64,000 bases of DNA from NCBI GenBank assembly GCA_964559915.1, contig CAZLJP010000001.1, positions 1,044-65,043 on the forward strand, given 5' to 3'. The notes under the pieces are model-generated. The model was not told the DNA's origin, ran no database searches, and saw nothing but the letters and a program-made list of their open reading frames with translations. Positions 1-7,946 of the stretch are shown here, piece by piece. The number at the start of each line of letters is the position of its first letter. The first letter of the stretch is position 1. The position numbers and the translations under genes were made by a program. Source of the DNA: an uncultured Candidatus Saccharibacteria bacterium. Its GTDB lineage: Bacteria; Patescibacteriota; Saccharimonadia; Saccharimonadales; JALRHH01.

Positions 1-388
1 GCACGCCTACACTATTTTCCCTGGTTGTAGTCTCTGGTATATAACGGCTGGGTATACGGAGCTCTGCAATATCTTCTTCTGGAAGGCGACTGGCAGCAAA
101 ATTAATGGCTGCTCGTTTGATACCACGCTGGGCACGCATGGTTTGCCACCAATTAAAATGTTCGTTCCCCACCTCGTAAGTATTATTCAGTGATGTTAAT
201 TTCCAGCGAACATCCTTGTCTGGTAGTTCTAGGCAGCCCTCTAGGGCTGACACAGGATCAACATTCCCAGATGCTAATAATAGAGCTGTCTCTTGATACA
301 GCTCAGGTGCCTCTAACTGACTGAAGTCAGGATGTGCTCTGTGGGCTTCATTAACAAATGTCAGGTTGAAATCAGGGTTAAGTGTCAT
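1..388 (-). CDS. hypothetical protein, N-terminal part only (gene runs off window start)
   Basis: Hand translation of the minus strand from the ATG (complement of 386-388) gives MTLNPDFNLTFVNEAHRAHPDFSQLEAPELY... and stays open to position 1. It is absent from the ORF track because it is truncated. No motif recognised. Confidence 0.4.
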   Translation of the reverse strand, partial: MTLNPDFNLTFVNEAHRAHPDFSQLEAPELYQETALLLASGNVDPVSALEGCLELPDKDVRWKLTSLNNTYEVGNEHFNWWQTMRAQRGIKRAAINFAASRLPEEDIAELRIPSRYIPETTTRENSVGV

Positions 389-598
389 GGTTTGTTGCAG
401 GTGTTTGTTTTAAACTTACCTATTAGGATTTAAACACTAACATAATTGCTGTTCAAGAGATTTTATAAAAATTGCTAATACAGATGTAATAAAGTGCCAT
501 ATTATTCTGTCTGTGATATATCTAACACATATTTGCTATTTTCGTCATATAATGGTTTGCGGAATTAAAAATGTGGGGTATGATTGACAAGTTTGATT

Positions 599-1057
599 AT
601 GAGAGAAGATAGACAAGATAATCCGGACTTATTGTCGGATGAATCACAGATGGCCTTCGCATGGTCTCGCTACGAGAGCCTACGCGATTTAGGTCTGTTG
701 CCTGCTAAGATAGCAGTCGCAGGTATTAAACATGTAGTACACGCGCTTGAGCGCGACGTTCAAAGCCCAGAAGAACAGCTGACTGAGAAATATGAGGCAT
801 TTGAAGCGTTCATGGCAAGCAATGATGGCGAATACCGCTATCAGGCTGATTTTGATACGCACACCAAACAAGGTGCAACCATGTTCCAGGCATTTACTGA
901 AATGGTTAAAGAAATACACGAGATTGAAATTACCGAACCTGATGAAACTGACCTAGCTCAGATACCAATGCTCAACGGTCATCGCCTGGAAATTCACCGT
1001 CAGAACAGCGGAGGCTACTTCTTGATGGGCCACATCGAAGCACCCAATAATAATTAG
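599..1057 (+). CDS. hypothetical acidic protein (152 aa)
   Basis: Track ORF 584-1057 begins at TTG; the first ATG is at 599. No recognisable motif. Its TAG (1055-1057) overlaps the TAA (1054-1056) of the convergent gene. Confidence 0.45.
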   Translation: MREDRQDNPDLLSDESQMAFAWSRYESLRDLGLLPAKIAVAGIKHVVHALERDVQSPEEQLTEKYEAFEAFMASNDGEYRYQADFDTHTKQGATMFQAFTEMVKEIHEIEITEPDETDLAQIPMLNGHRLEIHRQNSGGYFLMGHIEAPNNN

Positions 1058-3378
1058 TCGTTACTAAGATTCTGTAACTTGTACTGGGTGTAGCGTTCAG
1101 CAGCTAGACGAGTTAGTTTGTCATCCTCACCCTTGTTCACAAATGCCATAGCTTCTGTCATTAGTGGATGTACTTCTGCTAATTTTTCGTGCATTTGTAG
1201 TACAAGTTTGCGGTAACCAGGATGTCCCTGGGGGCTGGTTCGGAGTTCGTGGAAATGAAATGCTTCACGGGCATTATATGTTAGCTTCCAGCGCATTTTG
1301 TGGCCCAGCAGGGTGGCGTACTGTGCTTCAAGCTCGTAGCCTTCTGCCTGCAAGTAACTATAGAGTTCTAGACTCAGGTCAAAACAGTTCTCGAAGGTTT
1401 CGGTGAGCCCAGCTTCCTCTACCAGTTCAGGTACTTCATAGCCATAGCGAGGTGTCAGTAGTTGCCAATTGAGATCATCTACCATACGGTGACGTTGTAA
1501 ATCACGAAAAATACCGTAGTCACACACCAAATCCCAGCTATAATGTGCTTTCTCTAGTGCCCTACCTGGACGGTGACGACGGTTAAGACGTTCGCCAATG
1601 TAGGTCTTAAAGATTTCTTCTTTTTTATCGTATGGGAGTTTCTCGGTAGCTTTCTTTAGCTCACTTAGTGATAGATTGCTGTGCTCATACAACATATCAG
1701 GTATCAATTCTAGTTCGTTGCGAGGCCATACGGCTGTCAAGGTAACTGGCTCATTCGCCTCTGTGTGCGCTGCAGGTAATAGCTCTGACGCTAGTTTTGC
1801 GACGGCGCGCTTGGTATTTGCACGGTATGCAATAGTCGCACCACCGCGCTCTGGTTTATCTGCGCGCTCGAGAAAGGTTGGGATGATAGTACGGGCGTGT
1901 TCAAGTAGCTTCTGCCCTGTAATGCGAGCCTCCGGTAGCTCATCGGCAAGGAGGTTCATAATAAGATTTTCGACTGCCTGTCCAGATGCATATATGCCGA
2001 CAGTTGATTTAGTAGATACCGGCAACACAGCCCGAATAGCATCACAGGCCTGTGCACGAGTGGCACCTTGCCAGGCTACATCTTGTTCGGCCTTAGGCAC
2101 ATCTGAGTTAGCACGAACATAATCAGTTAACTGACGTACCATTGACGAGTACTGGTCAAATATCTTGTCCATTACCTCGTTGTAGTGGGTTTTAACCTTT
2201 TTGTTGAAATGGTCTGGTGTGTAGTATTTATATTTGCCGTTTGTATCCTTCTGGTCGAAGTAGATATAGCGAGTTGATTGTTCCAGATATGCTGCTAGAC
2301 GCCCCCATTCAAGCTTTTTAGTAAGCAGATTAGAGGCGTTTTCTACTGTCAGATGCAAACCAACAAGTTGTTGCACCGAATCATCACCATAAGCCGTAAT
2401 AACGCGTTGGAGGAGCTTTTCGTCTTTACCCATGGCATGGGCAAACTCATCAAGCAATGTAATACGCATATCATCACCACGTCGTGACAAACGGGCCATA
2501 GCAGCTGCAATAGTAGTCGGACTCAGCTTGTCATTAAAGACGTATACATCGTCATCGACACTTGATACGGTGCTGCGCAAGAAGTCCTCTCCGGCAGCTG
2601 TTACGGTATAGCCAGTATCTGTTTTCGTAACATATGGGTTTTCAGTCACGACTGACTGTTTTATAGCAGTTTTCGTCTTTTCTGGAAGCAGCGGAGTGAT
2701 AGTTTTCCAGAGCATATCATGAACAGTATCAATAGACAGTAGTTTATCGCCACGTACGCAATCCAGTCTCTGGAAGTCTTTGGGGAATAAATCACACAGA
2801 TTGTCATAGACTTCTACAGAACGGCGCAGGTGGTTGATGTCTGCTTCATGAATATCACGCTTTTTATCCGTGTAACTACGTGCCTCTTTATTATCTACAA
2901 GCTGTTGAGCGGTCTCAGCTGGTACACGCAGAACGAATGACTTGTCAGGGCGTGGAATGCCTAACATCTGGAATTCTAGATTATCAAGCCATATAAAGTA
3001 ACCACGTCGTTCTTCGGCATGTTCAAACTTGGTACCTTGGTGGGCCATATTACTGCCGGTAAAACGATTTGCTAGTACAACCTTACCAGCTGCCAATGCT
3101 CCACGAATATCGGCAGCAGCTTGATACCGATCAAGTGCGTAGAATAACGACCCCGTATAGGGGCCGACTTCTTCGGCAGTACCATATTTGCCATTCAGAT
3201 ATTCGCGCACAAAATAGCTCGATGGCTGCTCGTATTGCGGAAAATCAAATGTTGCTACGTCATAGCCTTCGCTACGAAGCTTATCGGCTAATTTGGCAAA
3301 TTGGGTGCCCTTTCCGGACCCATCAGTACCTTCTATGACAAAGAATGCACCAGCGCGGTTTGCGGTCTCGGTGCTCAT
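1054..3378 (-). CDS. tmk: fusion protein: thymidylate kinase (N-terminal) + two tandem ThyX-like flavin-dependent thymidylate synthase domains
   Basis: 774 aa. Tmk P-loop FFVIEGTDGSGKGTQ near aa 12-26. ThyX-like signatures WGRLAAYLEQSTRY (aa 358-371) and DLQRHRMVDD...LLTPRY (aa 626-645), plus C-terminal NAREAFHFHELRTSPQGHPGYR. Confidence 0.8.
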   Translation of the reverse strand: MSTETANRAGAFFVIEGTDGSGKGTQFAKLADKLRSEGYDVATFDFPQYEQPSSYFVREYLNGKYGTAEEVGPYTGSLFYALDRYQAAADIRGALAAGKVVLANRFTGSNMAHQGTKFEHAEERRGYFIWLDNLEFQMLGIPRPDKSFVLRVPAETAQQLVDNKEARSYTDKKRDIHEADINHLRRSVEVYDNLCDLFPKDFQRLDCVRGDKLLSIDTVHDMLWKTITPLLPEKTKTAIKQSVVTENPYVTKTDTGYTVTAAGEDFLRSTVSSVDDDVYVFNDKLSPTTIAAAMARLSRRGDDMRITLLDEFAHAMGKDEKLLQRVITAYGDDSVQQLVGLHLTVENASNLLTKKLEWGRLAAYLEQSTRYIYFDQKDTNGKYKYYTPDHFNKKVKTHYNEVMDKIFDQYSSMVRQLTDYVRANSDVPKAEQDVAWQGATRAQACDAIRAVLPVSTKSTVGIYASGQAVENLIMNLLADELPEARITGQKLLEHARTIIPTFLERADKPERGGATIAYRANTKRAVAKLASELLPAAHTEANEPVTLTAVWPRNELELIPDMLYEHSNLSLSELKKATEKLPYDKKEEIFKTYIGERLNRRHRPGRALEKAHYSWDLVCDYGIFRDLQRHRMVDDLNWQLLTPRYGYEVPELVEEAGLTETFENCFDLSLELYSYLQAEGYELEAQYATLLGHKMRWKLTYNAREAFHFHELRTSPQGHPGYRKLVLQMHEKLAEVHPLMTEAMAFVNKGEDDKLTRLAAERYTQYKLQNLSND

Positions 3379-4142
3379 CGTGCTTTTAAACCTTTGATTT
3401 CCACCGGTAATGTACGCGCATCTTTATAGGCTCTTGGCAGCATTGCTTCAGGACGCCAATTGGCAATAATTTCGTCTAAATCGTCACCTTGCTGGTACTT
3501 ACCGCTAAAGCCACCATCACGGCCTTTGCCGTAACTACCCTCTACTTCGCCCGTTTCTAGAAATACCGCTTGGGCAATACGCTCACCGACAGGCAATAAC
3601 ACTGTCTCGTGCTCGTTAAGATTATAGATTTCGAGTGTTAAGCGGTTAATATAGCCGGGGTCAACCCAGCCGGCGTCAAAACAAACAGCTACGCCGTTAC
3701 GGCCCCAGCTAGAGCGTGCTTTTACCTGGTACGCGCCTGGTGGCTTAATACCAAAGAATTCGTGTGTGTGGGCCAGTATGCGTTCACCAGGGCGCAACGG
3801 GATTACGGGATGGTCAGCTGGAATGTTTTCCTGTAACTGTACGTTGTTAGCATTGCACCAATCTTGGTGTGCCACTGCCTGATGGACTTCACCAAAGTAT
3901 CTCCTAGTATCAGTTTCACTAAAGGGATTGTAGACAAAGCCCCTCTTGGACTGACCGGTGCGGTAGTAGTAATAACCCAAGGTAACATCCAAGCTTGCAT
4001 GCGCAACGTGCTTGGGGTTAAACGGCGTGCAAACAATATGCCCTGATTCTAAGGCTTCTCGGATTTGTATGTTGCTGTACACGCCCATGCTTGTATTTGT
4101 CCCCTCATGTTCATTTGCGCCCAGCCCGCTATTACTGTCCAT
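3375..4142 (-). CDS. dcd: dCTP deaminase family protein
   Basis: The C-terminal 255 aa of track ORF 3375-4421 match the dCTP deaminase/dUTPase fold (SWGRNGVAVCFDAGWVDPGYINRLTLEIYN, ERIAQAVF). I start it at ATG 4142 (alternative ATG 4088, MGVYSNIQIREAL). The stop TGA overlaps the tmk-thyX ATG as ATGA. Confidence 0.8.
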   Translation of the reverse strand: MDSNSGLGANEHEGTNTSMGVYSNIQIREALESGHIVCTPFNPKHVAHASLDVTLGYYYYRTGQSKRGFVYNPFSETDTRRYFGEVHQAVAHQDWCNANNVQLQENIPADHPVIPLRPGERILAHTHEFFGIKPPGAYQVKARSSWGRNGVAVCFDAGWVDPGYINRLTLEIYNLNEHETVLLPVGERIAQAVFLETGEVEGSYGKGRDGGFSGKYQQGDDLDEIIANWRPEAMLPRAYKDARTLPVEIKGLKAR

Positions 4143-4186
4143 TGTACGGGGTGTCTCAACAGTTTTCAACGTAAAATGTATAACAT

Positions 4187-4423
4187 CTATTGGTTTTGGC
4201 GATATCGCTGCATTGCCAGGGTAATCCAGAGTATGCCAACAGTAATGTTCACAATGGCTGCATAGCGCAGATGTAGTGTCCAAGAGGCATATGCAAGTAT
4301 AAATTGTGTAATTGCAGTCGGTACGGCCGTAGTAAGTGGCGGCTTTTGTGTACCTAGAACCGTTGGGATAAGAGAGATAGCAAACACGCTGAGTCCAACT
4401 GTAAAGACATAATCTTGCCACAT
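4187..4423 (-). CDS. small integral membrane protein (78 aa, about 3 TM helices)
   Basis: MWQDYVFTVGLSVFAISLIPTVLG...ITVGILWITLAMQRYRQ is hydrophobic. It occupies the region that the 348-aa track ORF would otherwise read as a Cys/Tyr-rich junk N-terminus. Confidence 0.5.
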   Translation of the reverse strand: MWQDYVFTVGLSVFAISLIPTVLGTQKPPLTTAVPTAITQFILAYASWTLHLRYAAIVNITVGILWITLAMQRYRQNQ

Positions 4424-4437
4424 CTAGCTAGCATAGC

Positions 4438-4466
4438 AAAAAACGGCCCGAGATTGGGCCGTTTTT
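4438..4466. terminator. bidirectional intrinsic terminator after rplA
   Basis: Stem CGGCCC (4444-4449) / GGGCCG (4456-4461), flanked by an A-run and a T-run. Confidence 0.75.
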
Positions 4467-4486
4467 GTAGAAAATCTGGTTAGTAT

Positions 4487-5419
4487 TTAGATTTCGCTTA
4501 TTTCTACCTTGATAGAAGGACCCATAGTAGTAGCCAGGTGGATTGCCTGCACATATGTACCCTTCAGTGTAGTTGGCTTGTTGTGCTTGATGCTGGCAAA
4601 TATGGCACGAATGTTCTGTCCCAACTTGTCTGCGCCAAAGCTAACCTTACCGACACCAACGTGTACGATACCCGTGGTATCAACTCGGTATTCAACACGG
4701 CCAGCTTTAGCCTGCTCTACAGCCTTATCGATATCAGTGGTAACCGTACCACTTTTAGGATTTGGCATGAGGCCCTTTGGACCAAGCACGCGGGCGTACT
4801 TACCAAGCTTTGGCATGAAATCTGGTGTGGTCACCAAGATATCAAACTCAATTACACCCTTATCGAGTTTAGCTAGCAGGGCTTCGTCAGCTACTGCTAC
4901 ACGGATAGTCTTGCCAGTACCGGCAGGCAATACTACAACGTCACGTAGGTTCTGGTCTGCCTGACGAGGGTCAACGCCTAGGTTGATGTGTAGCTCTACG
5001 CCGGCATCAAACTTAACATGACTGGTCTTAGTAACCAGCACGAGGGCCTCCTTAAGACTGTATGCTTTGCCCTTTTCGATTAGTTCAGCAGATTTACGGT
5101 AGCCTTTAGCACGGCGATCCAGCTTAGTTGTAACGCGCTGTGGCTGCTTTGGCTTCTTGTCTGCTTCCGCTTCTGTTTCATCACGGTGTTGCTGAGCTTC
5201 GGCCTTGGCAATCTTTTCCTCGGCTTCTTTAATACCCTTTTCAGAGCGTTTGCCAGCTTTGGCAATCTTTACTTCTTTTTCTTCAATGCTCTCTTTAGAA
5301 TCAGTGTTCTTAGTAGACCCATCAATTAGCTCCTTTAATTGCGCAATTGTGTGCTTTTCTGTAACTTCTAGTTTGAGCGCTTTTGCTTCTGCAAGCAAGT
5401 CTGCTTTGCTTTGTGCCAT
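4487..5419 (-). CDS. rplA: 50S ribosomal protein L1 with about 100-aa N-terminal extension
   Basis: Canonical L1 core begins near AKGYRKSAELIEKGKAYSLKEAL...VELHINLGVDPRQADQ. ATG 5419 is preceded by AAGGAG. The extension is Lys/Glu-rich and starts with a helix-loop-helix-like SKADLLAEAKALKLEVTEKHTIAQLKELI. Confidence 0.92.
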   Translation of the reverse strand: MAQSKADLLAEAKALKLEVTEKHTIAQLKELIDGSTKNTDSKESIEEKEVKIAKAGKRSEKGIKEAEEKIAKAEAQQHRDETEAEADKKPKQPQRVTTKLDRRAKGYRKSAELIEKGKAYSLKEALVLVTKTSHVKFDAGVELHINLGVDPRQADQNLRDVVVLPAGTGKTIRVAVADEALLAKLDKGVIEFDILVTTPDFMPKLGKYARVLGPKGLMPNPKSGTVTTDIDKAVEQAKAGRVEYRVDTTGIVHVGVGKVSFGADKLGQNIRAIFASIKHNKPTTLKGTYVQAIHLATTMGPSIKVEISEI

Positions 5420-5469
5420 AGTTATTCTCCTTTGTGGTGCAAGCGGCTGCTTAGGGCCTCCCACGTTAA

Positions 5470-5733
5470 TTACATATCGTAAAATCTTTGATTGGTGATA
5501 GGGTCGATATTCGTTCGTTCTGCGGCATCATAACCCTTAATTATAGGGTTGAAACGGTCATAGTGAACAGTGATTGGTGCTTGTGGCACTTCTTGTGCTT
5601 CTATCTTAGGGAATTCTAGTTCGACAATACCCATGATAACAGGGCCGAATGGGCTGTTTTGCCTACTAATTTGCCTGCGATGTTCTTGGAAGTCCGCTGA
5701 AACTACGTTGGACTGCTCAAATTCTGGTGCCAT
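5470..5733 (-). CDS. hypothetical protein (87 aa) inserted between rplK and rplA
   Basis: The ATG lies 2 nt after the rplK TAG (TAGTAATG), with GAGG upstream. No motif recognised. Confidence 0.5.
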   Translation of the reverse strand: MAPEFEQSNVVSADFQEHRRQISRQNSPFGPVIMGIVELEFPKIEAQEVPQAPITVHYDRFNPIIKGYDAAERTNIDPITNQRFYDM

Positions 5734-5735
5734 TA

Positions 5736-6164
5736 CTAGGCCTCAATCTCGATTCCCATTGAACGGGCTGTGCCAGCTACCATCTTCTTGACCGCAGGAA
5801 TATCCTGAGTATTCATGTCGATAGCTTTTTCTTCTGCAATCTTGGTCAACTGAGCGTCAGTTAGCTTCTTAGCGATTTTCTCGCTATTCGGGCGCCCTGA
5901 GCCTTTCTTGATACCAAGTTCCGCCAAAATACGGTTGTCAGTAGGGATACTGACGACGCGCCAATCCATGGTGCGATCTTCGTAAATAGTAATGTGAACA
6001 GTAACGTCCTGTCCCATTTTGTCCTTAGTCTGCTCGTTGAACGGGTTGATGAAATCCATCATGTTCACACCGTGCTGACCAAGAGATGAACCAACTGGTG
6101 GAGCCGCTGATGCTTGTCCGCCTTTGATTTTCATCTTTAGATTCGCTTTTACAGCTTTTGCCAT
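5736..6164 (-). CDS. rplK: 50S ribosomal protein L11
   Basis: KGGQASAAPPVGSSLGQHGVNMMDFINPFN... is the typical L11 N-terminal domain. AAGGAG lies upstream. Confidence 0.95.
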   Translation of the reverse strand: MAKAVKANLKMKIKGGQASAAPPVGSSLGQHGVNMMDFINPFNEQTKDKMGQDVTVHITIYEDRTMDWRVVSIPTDNRILAELGIKKGSGRPNSEKIAKKLTDAQLTKIAEEKAIDMNTQDIPAVKKMVAGTARSMGIEIEA

Positions 6165-6403
6165 TAGTATTACTCCTTATGTGCGAGTCCTCGGTCTGAA
6201 GCTGCCGGGTACTCTCCCTCGTAATCGAGGTGTTAAGTCGTGCGTAACTGGATTATTCTAGCAGATTTACTCTGTTATGTCGAGTGTTTCTATGAGACCA
6301 TTCAAGGCAATATCAGCAAACTCACGGTCTTCGGTATACAGTTGCTCACCATACTCTATAAAGGTGTACAAATCCATAAATTCGTCTTCTAGTTCGTCCA
6401 CGT

Positions 6404-6679
6404 CTACACGCTATTTCCGTCAAAAGGGCCTATAGCCGTGTTATAGACTCCCAGCCATGCACAATAAGCGTCGTGATTGTAGGTTTCTAAGCTATGAGCC
6501 TCAATCATTTTGAGTTGAGCTACGCGAGCCATATCATGTTTTTCTAGAGCAGATAGTGCTATTTGTTCGGGACTAAGATGACCGTAGTGATAGGTAAGAC
6601 TTTCGTCGGTGCCTAGTATCTGGACGGGCACGGGCTGCTGATGTTCGCCACCCATATCTAGTTCGTGTATAACACTCAC
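6404..6679 (-). CDS. hypothetical protein (about 91 aa; track ORF extends to GTG 6730)
   Basis: GTG 6679 is preceded by GGGAG at 6-nt spacing. A TTGTGC-16-TATAGT promoter-like element (6705-6732) lies inside the longer track ORF, which favours the shorter start. Confidence 0.4.
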   Translation of the reverse strand: MSVIHELDMGGEHQQPVPVQILGTDESLTYHYGHLSPEQIALSALEKHDMARVAQLKMIEAHSLETYNHDAYCAWLGVYNTAIGPFDGNSV

Positions 6680-6740
6680 TGGATTCTCCCATTTATTTCC
6701 ACGTACTATACGCCGCTTAATCGTAAGCACAAGTACAAAT

Positions 6741-6766
6741 AAAAACAGCCCATTACTGGGCCGTTT
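6741..6766 (-). terminator. intrinsic terminator after nusG
   Basis: Minus-strand RNA CGGCCCA-GUAA-UGGGCUG followed by UUUUUAUUU. Confidence 0.7.
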
Positions 6767-6786
6767 ATATACCTTAAGCGATATAC

Positions 6787-7332
6787 TTAGACGCGTTTTA
6801 CCTGTAGGCTGTCGAGCTCTACTGGTGTTTCGCGGCCAAACATGTTGACCAGTACCTTGAGTTTACCCTTGGCTGGGTCGATTTCATTAATAGAACCGTC
6901 AAAGCCCTTAAATGGACCGTCAGTAATATTAACCACTTCTCCAACGTTGAAATCAATCTTGTGCTTAGGCTCTTCACGGCCCATACGCTTCATAATCTTT
7001 TCCATCTCATCAGCGTCAATTGGGCTTGGCTCTGAACCACTGCCTACAAAGCCGGTTACAGACGGGGTGTTACGCACGATATACCATGCATCTTCACTCA
7101 TTTTCATCTGTACCATAACGTAGCCTTGGAAGATTTTCTTCTCGACTACCTTACGCTTGCCGTTCTTAACCTCAATCATTTTTTCCTTGGGTACTAATAC
7201 CTGGAAGATTTGGGCCGCCATTTCGAGTGTCTCGGCGCGTTGGCGAATACTTTCTGCTACTTTTTCTTCATACCCACTATAGGTGTGAATGGCGTACCAT
7301 TGCTTGGTTGCGTCATATCTTTTAACACTCAT
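6787..7332 (-). CDS. nusG: transcription termination/antitermination factor NusG
   Basis: WYAIHTYSGYEEKV NGN domain and C-terminal KOW (GEVVNITDGPFKGFDGSINEI). Confidence 0.95.
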   Translation of the reverse strand: MSVKRYDATKQWYAIHTYSGYEEKVAESIRQRAETLEMAAQIFQVLVPKEKMIEVKNGKRKVVEKKIFQGYVMVQMKMSEDAWYIVRNTPSVTGFVGSGSEPSPIDADEMEKIMKRMGREEPKHKIDFNVGEVVNITDGPFKGFDGSINEIDPAKGKLKVLVNMFGRETPVELDSLQVKRV

Positions 7333-7408
7333 CCCGTTAGAAATTCCCTTCTTCTAAATGTAACTTATAGTTCATATCTGTCCTTCTCTCCCGTATATTT
7401 CTAACGGG
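7333..7408 (-). promoter_or_regulatory. 12-bp perfect inverted repeat enclosing the secE-nusG spacer, 3' arm ending at the nusG AUG
   Basis: cccgttagaaat (7333-7344) is the exact reverse complement of atttctaacggg (7397-7408), with a 52-nt loop. Confidence 0.55.
7337..7375 (-). CDS. putative 12-codon upstream ORF (MNYKLHLEEGNF) preceding nusG
   Basis: AAGGA lies 5 nt upstream of its AUG. Its UAA stop lies in the 3' arm of the stem, 4 nt before the nusG AUG, which has no well-spaced SD of its own. Confidence 0.3.
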   Translation of the reverse strand: MNYKLHLEEGNF

Positions 7409-7412
7409 GTTC

Positions 7413-7832
7413 TTAGTCAATAAACACTTTCTTAAATACTTTGTCGAGGCCGTAGTCGGTAATAGCGATAATTACGCCAAACACGAGAGAGAATACAAAC
7501 ACAGCTATGGTTAAACGAGTTGTTTCACGAGCTGTTGGCCACTGTACTTGTTTGAGTTCTTTCCATGCATCACGGAAAAACTTGAACAATAGAATCGATG
7601 CCAAAATCCTGCCAATACGGCGGACAAGCTTGGTCTTAAATGGCTTTAGCACAAATGCAAATGGCCGTGCGACCTTACCAATACCCTTGCCAACAATACG
7701 CACCGGCTTGGTTACAACACGTGCACCTTTCTTGAGACGATTGTTACCAGACTTTTCTATCGGGCCACGTTCGGCACGCTGTCTGACGGTTTCTACCTTT
7801 TTGAGCTGACGCTTTTTCTTGGCCTCTGCCAT
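7413..7832 (-). CDS. secE: preprotein translocase subunit SecE with basic N-terminal extension
   Basis: C-terminal WKELKQVQWPTARETTRLTIAVFVFSLVFGVIIAITDYGL is a typical SecE TM segment. Position upstream of nusG fits. Confidence 0.85.
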   Translation of the reverse strand: MAEAKKKRQLKKVETVRQRAERGPIEKSGNNRLKKGARVVTKPVRIVGKGIGKVARPFAFVLKPFKTKLVRRIGRILASILLFKFFRDAWKELKQVQWPTARETTRLTIAVFVFSLVFGVIIAITDYGLDKVFKKVFID

Positions 7833-7946
7833 TTCCTACTCCTGACCTTAAACCCAGATGGGTAATAAAAAAACCTACATAAAGCAGGTTCGTCAGCTGT
7901 CAATATAGCAGATTCGTTCGCATGCAGCAACCGAAACGTATATATT

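Noticed and set aside
1054-1057. Overlapping or abutting stop codons of convergent genes (TTAG at 1054-1057; TAATTA at 9962-9967) as a possible regulatory feature.
   Set aside because: This is most simply explained by genome compaction. No associated structure or motif is present.
4143-4421. N-terminal 93 codons of the 348-aa track ORF (3375-4421), which would extend the dCTP deaminase.
   Set aside because: The extension (MARLCLYSWTQRVCYLSYPNGSRY...CICLLDTTSALCSHCEHYCW) is Cys/Tyr-rich junk with no deaminase similarity. It is overlapped in another frame by a plausible 78-aa membrane protein (4187-4423). The homologous Dcd core starts at ATG 4142 or 4088.
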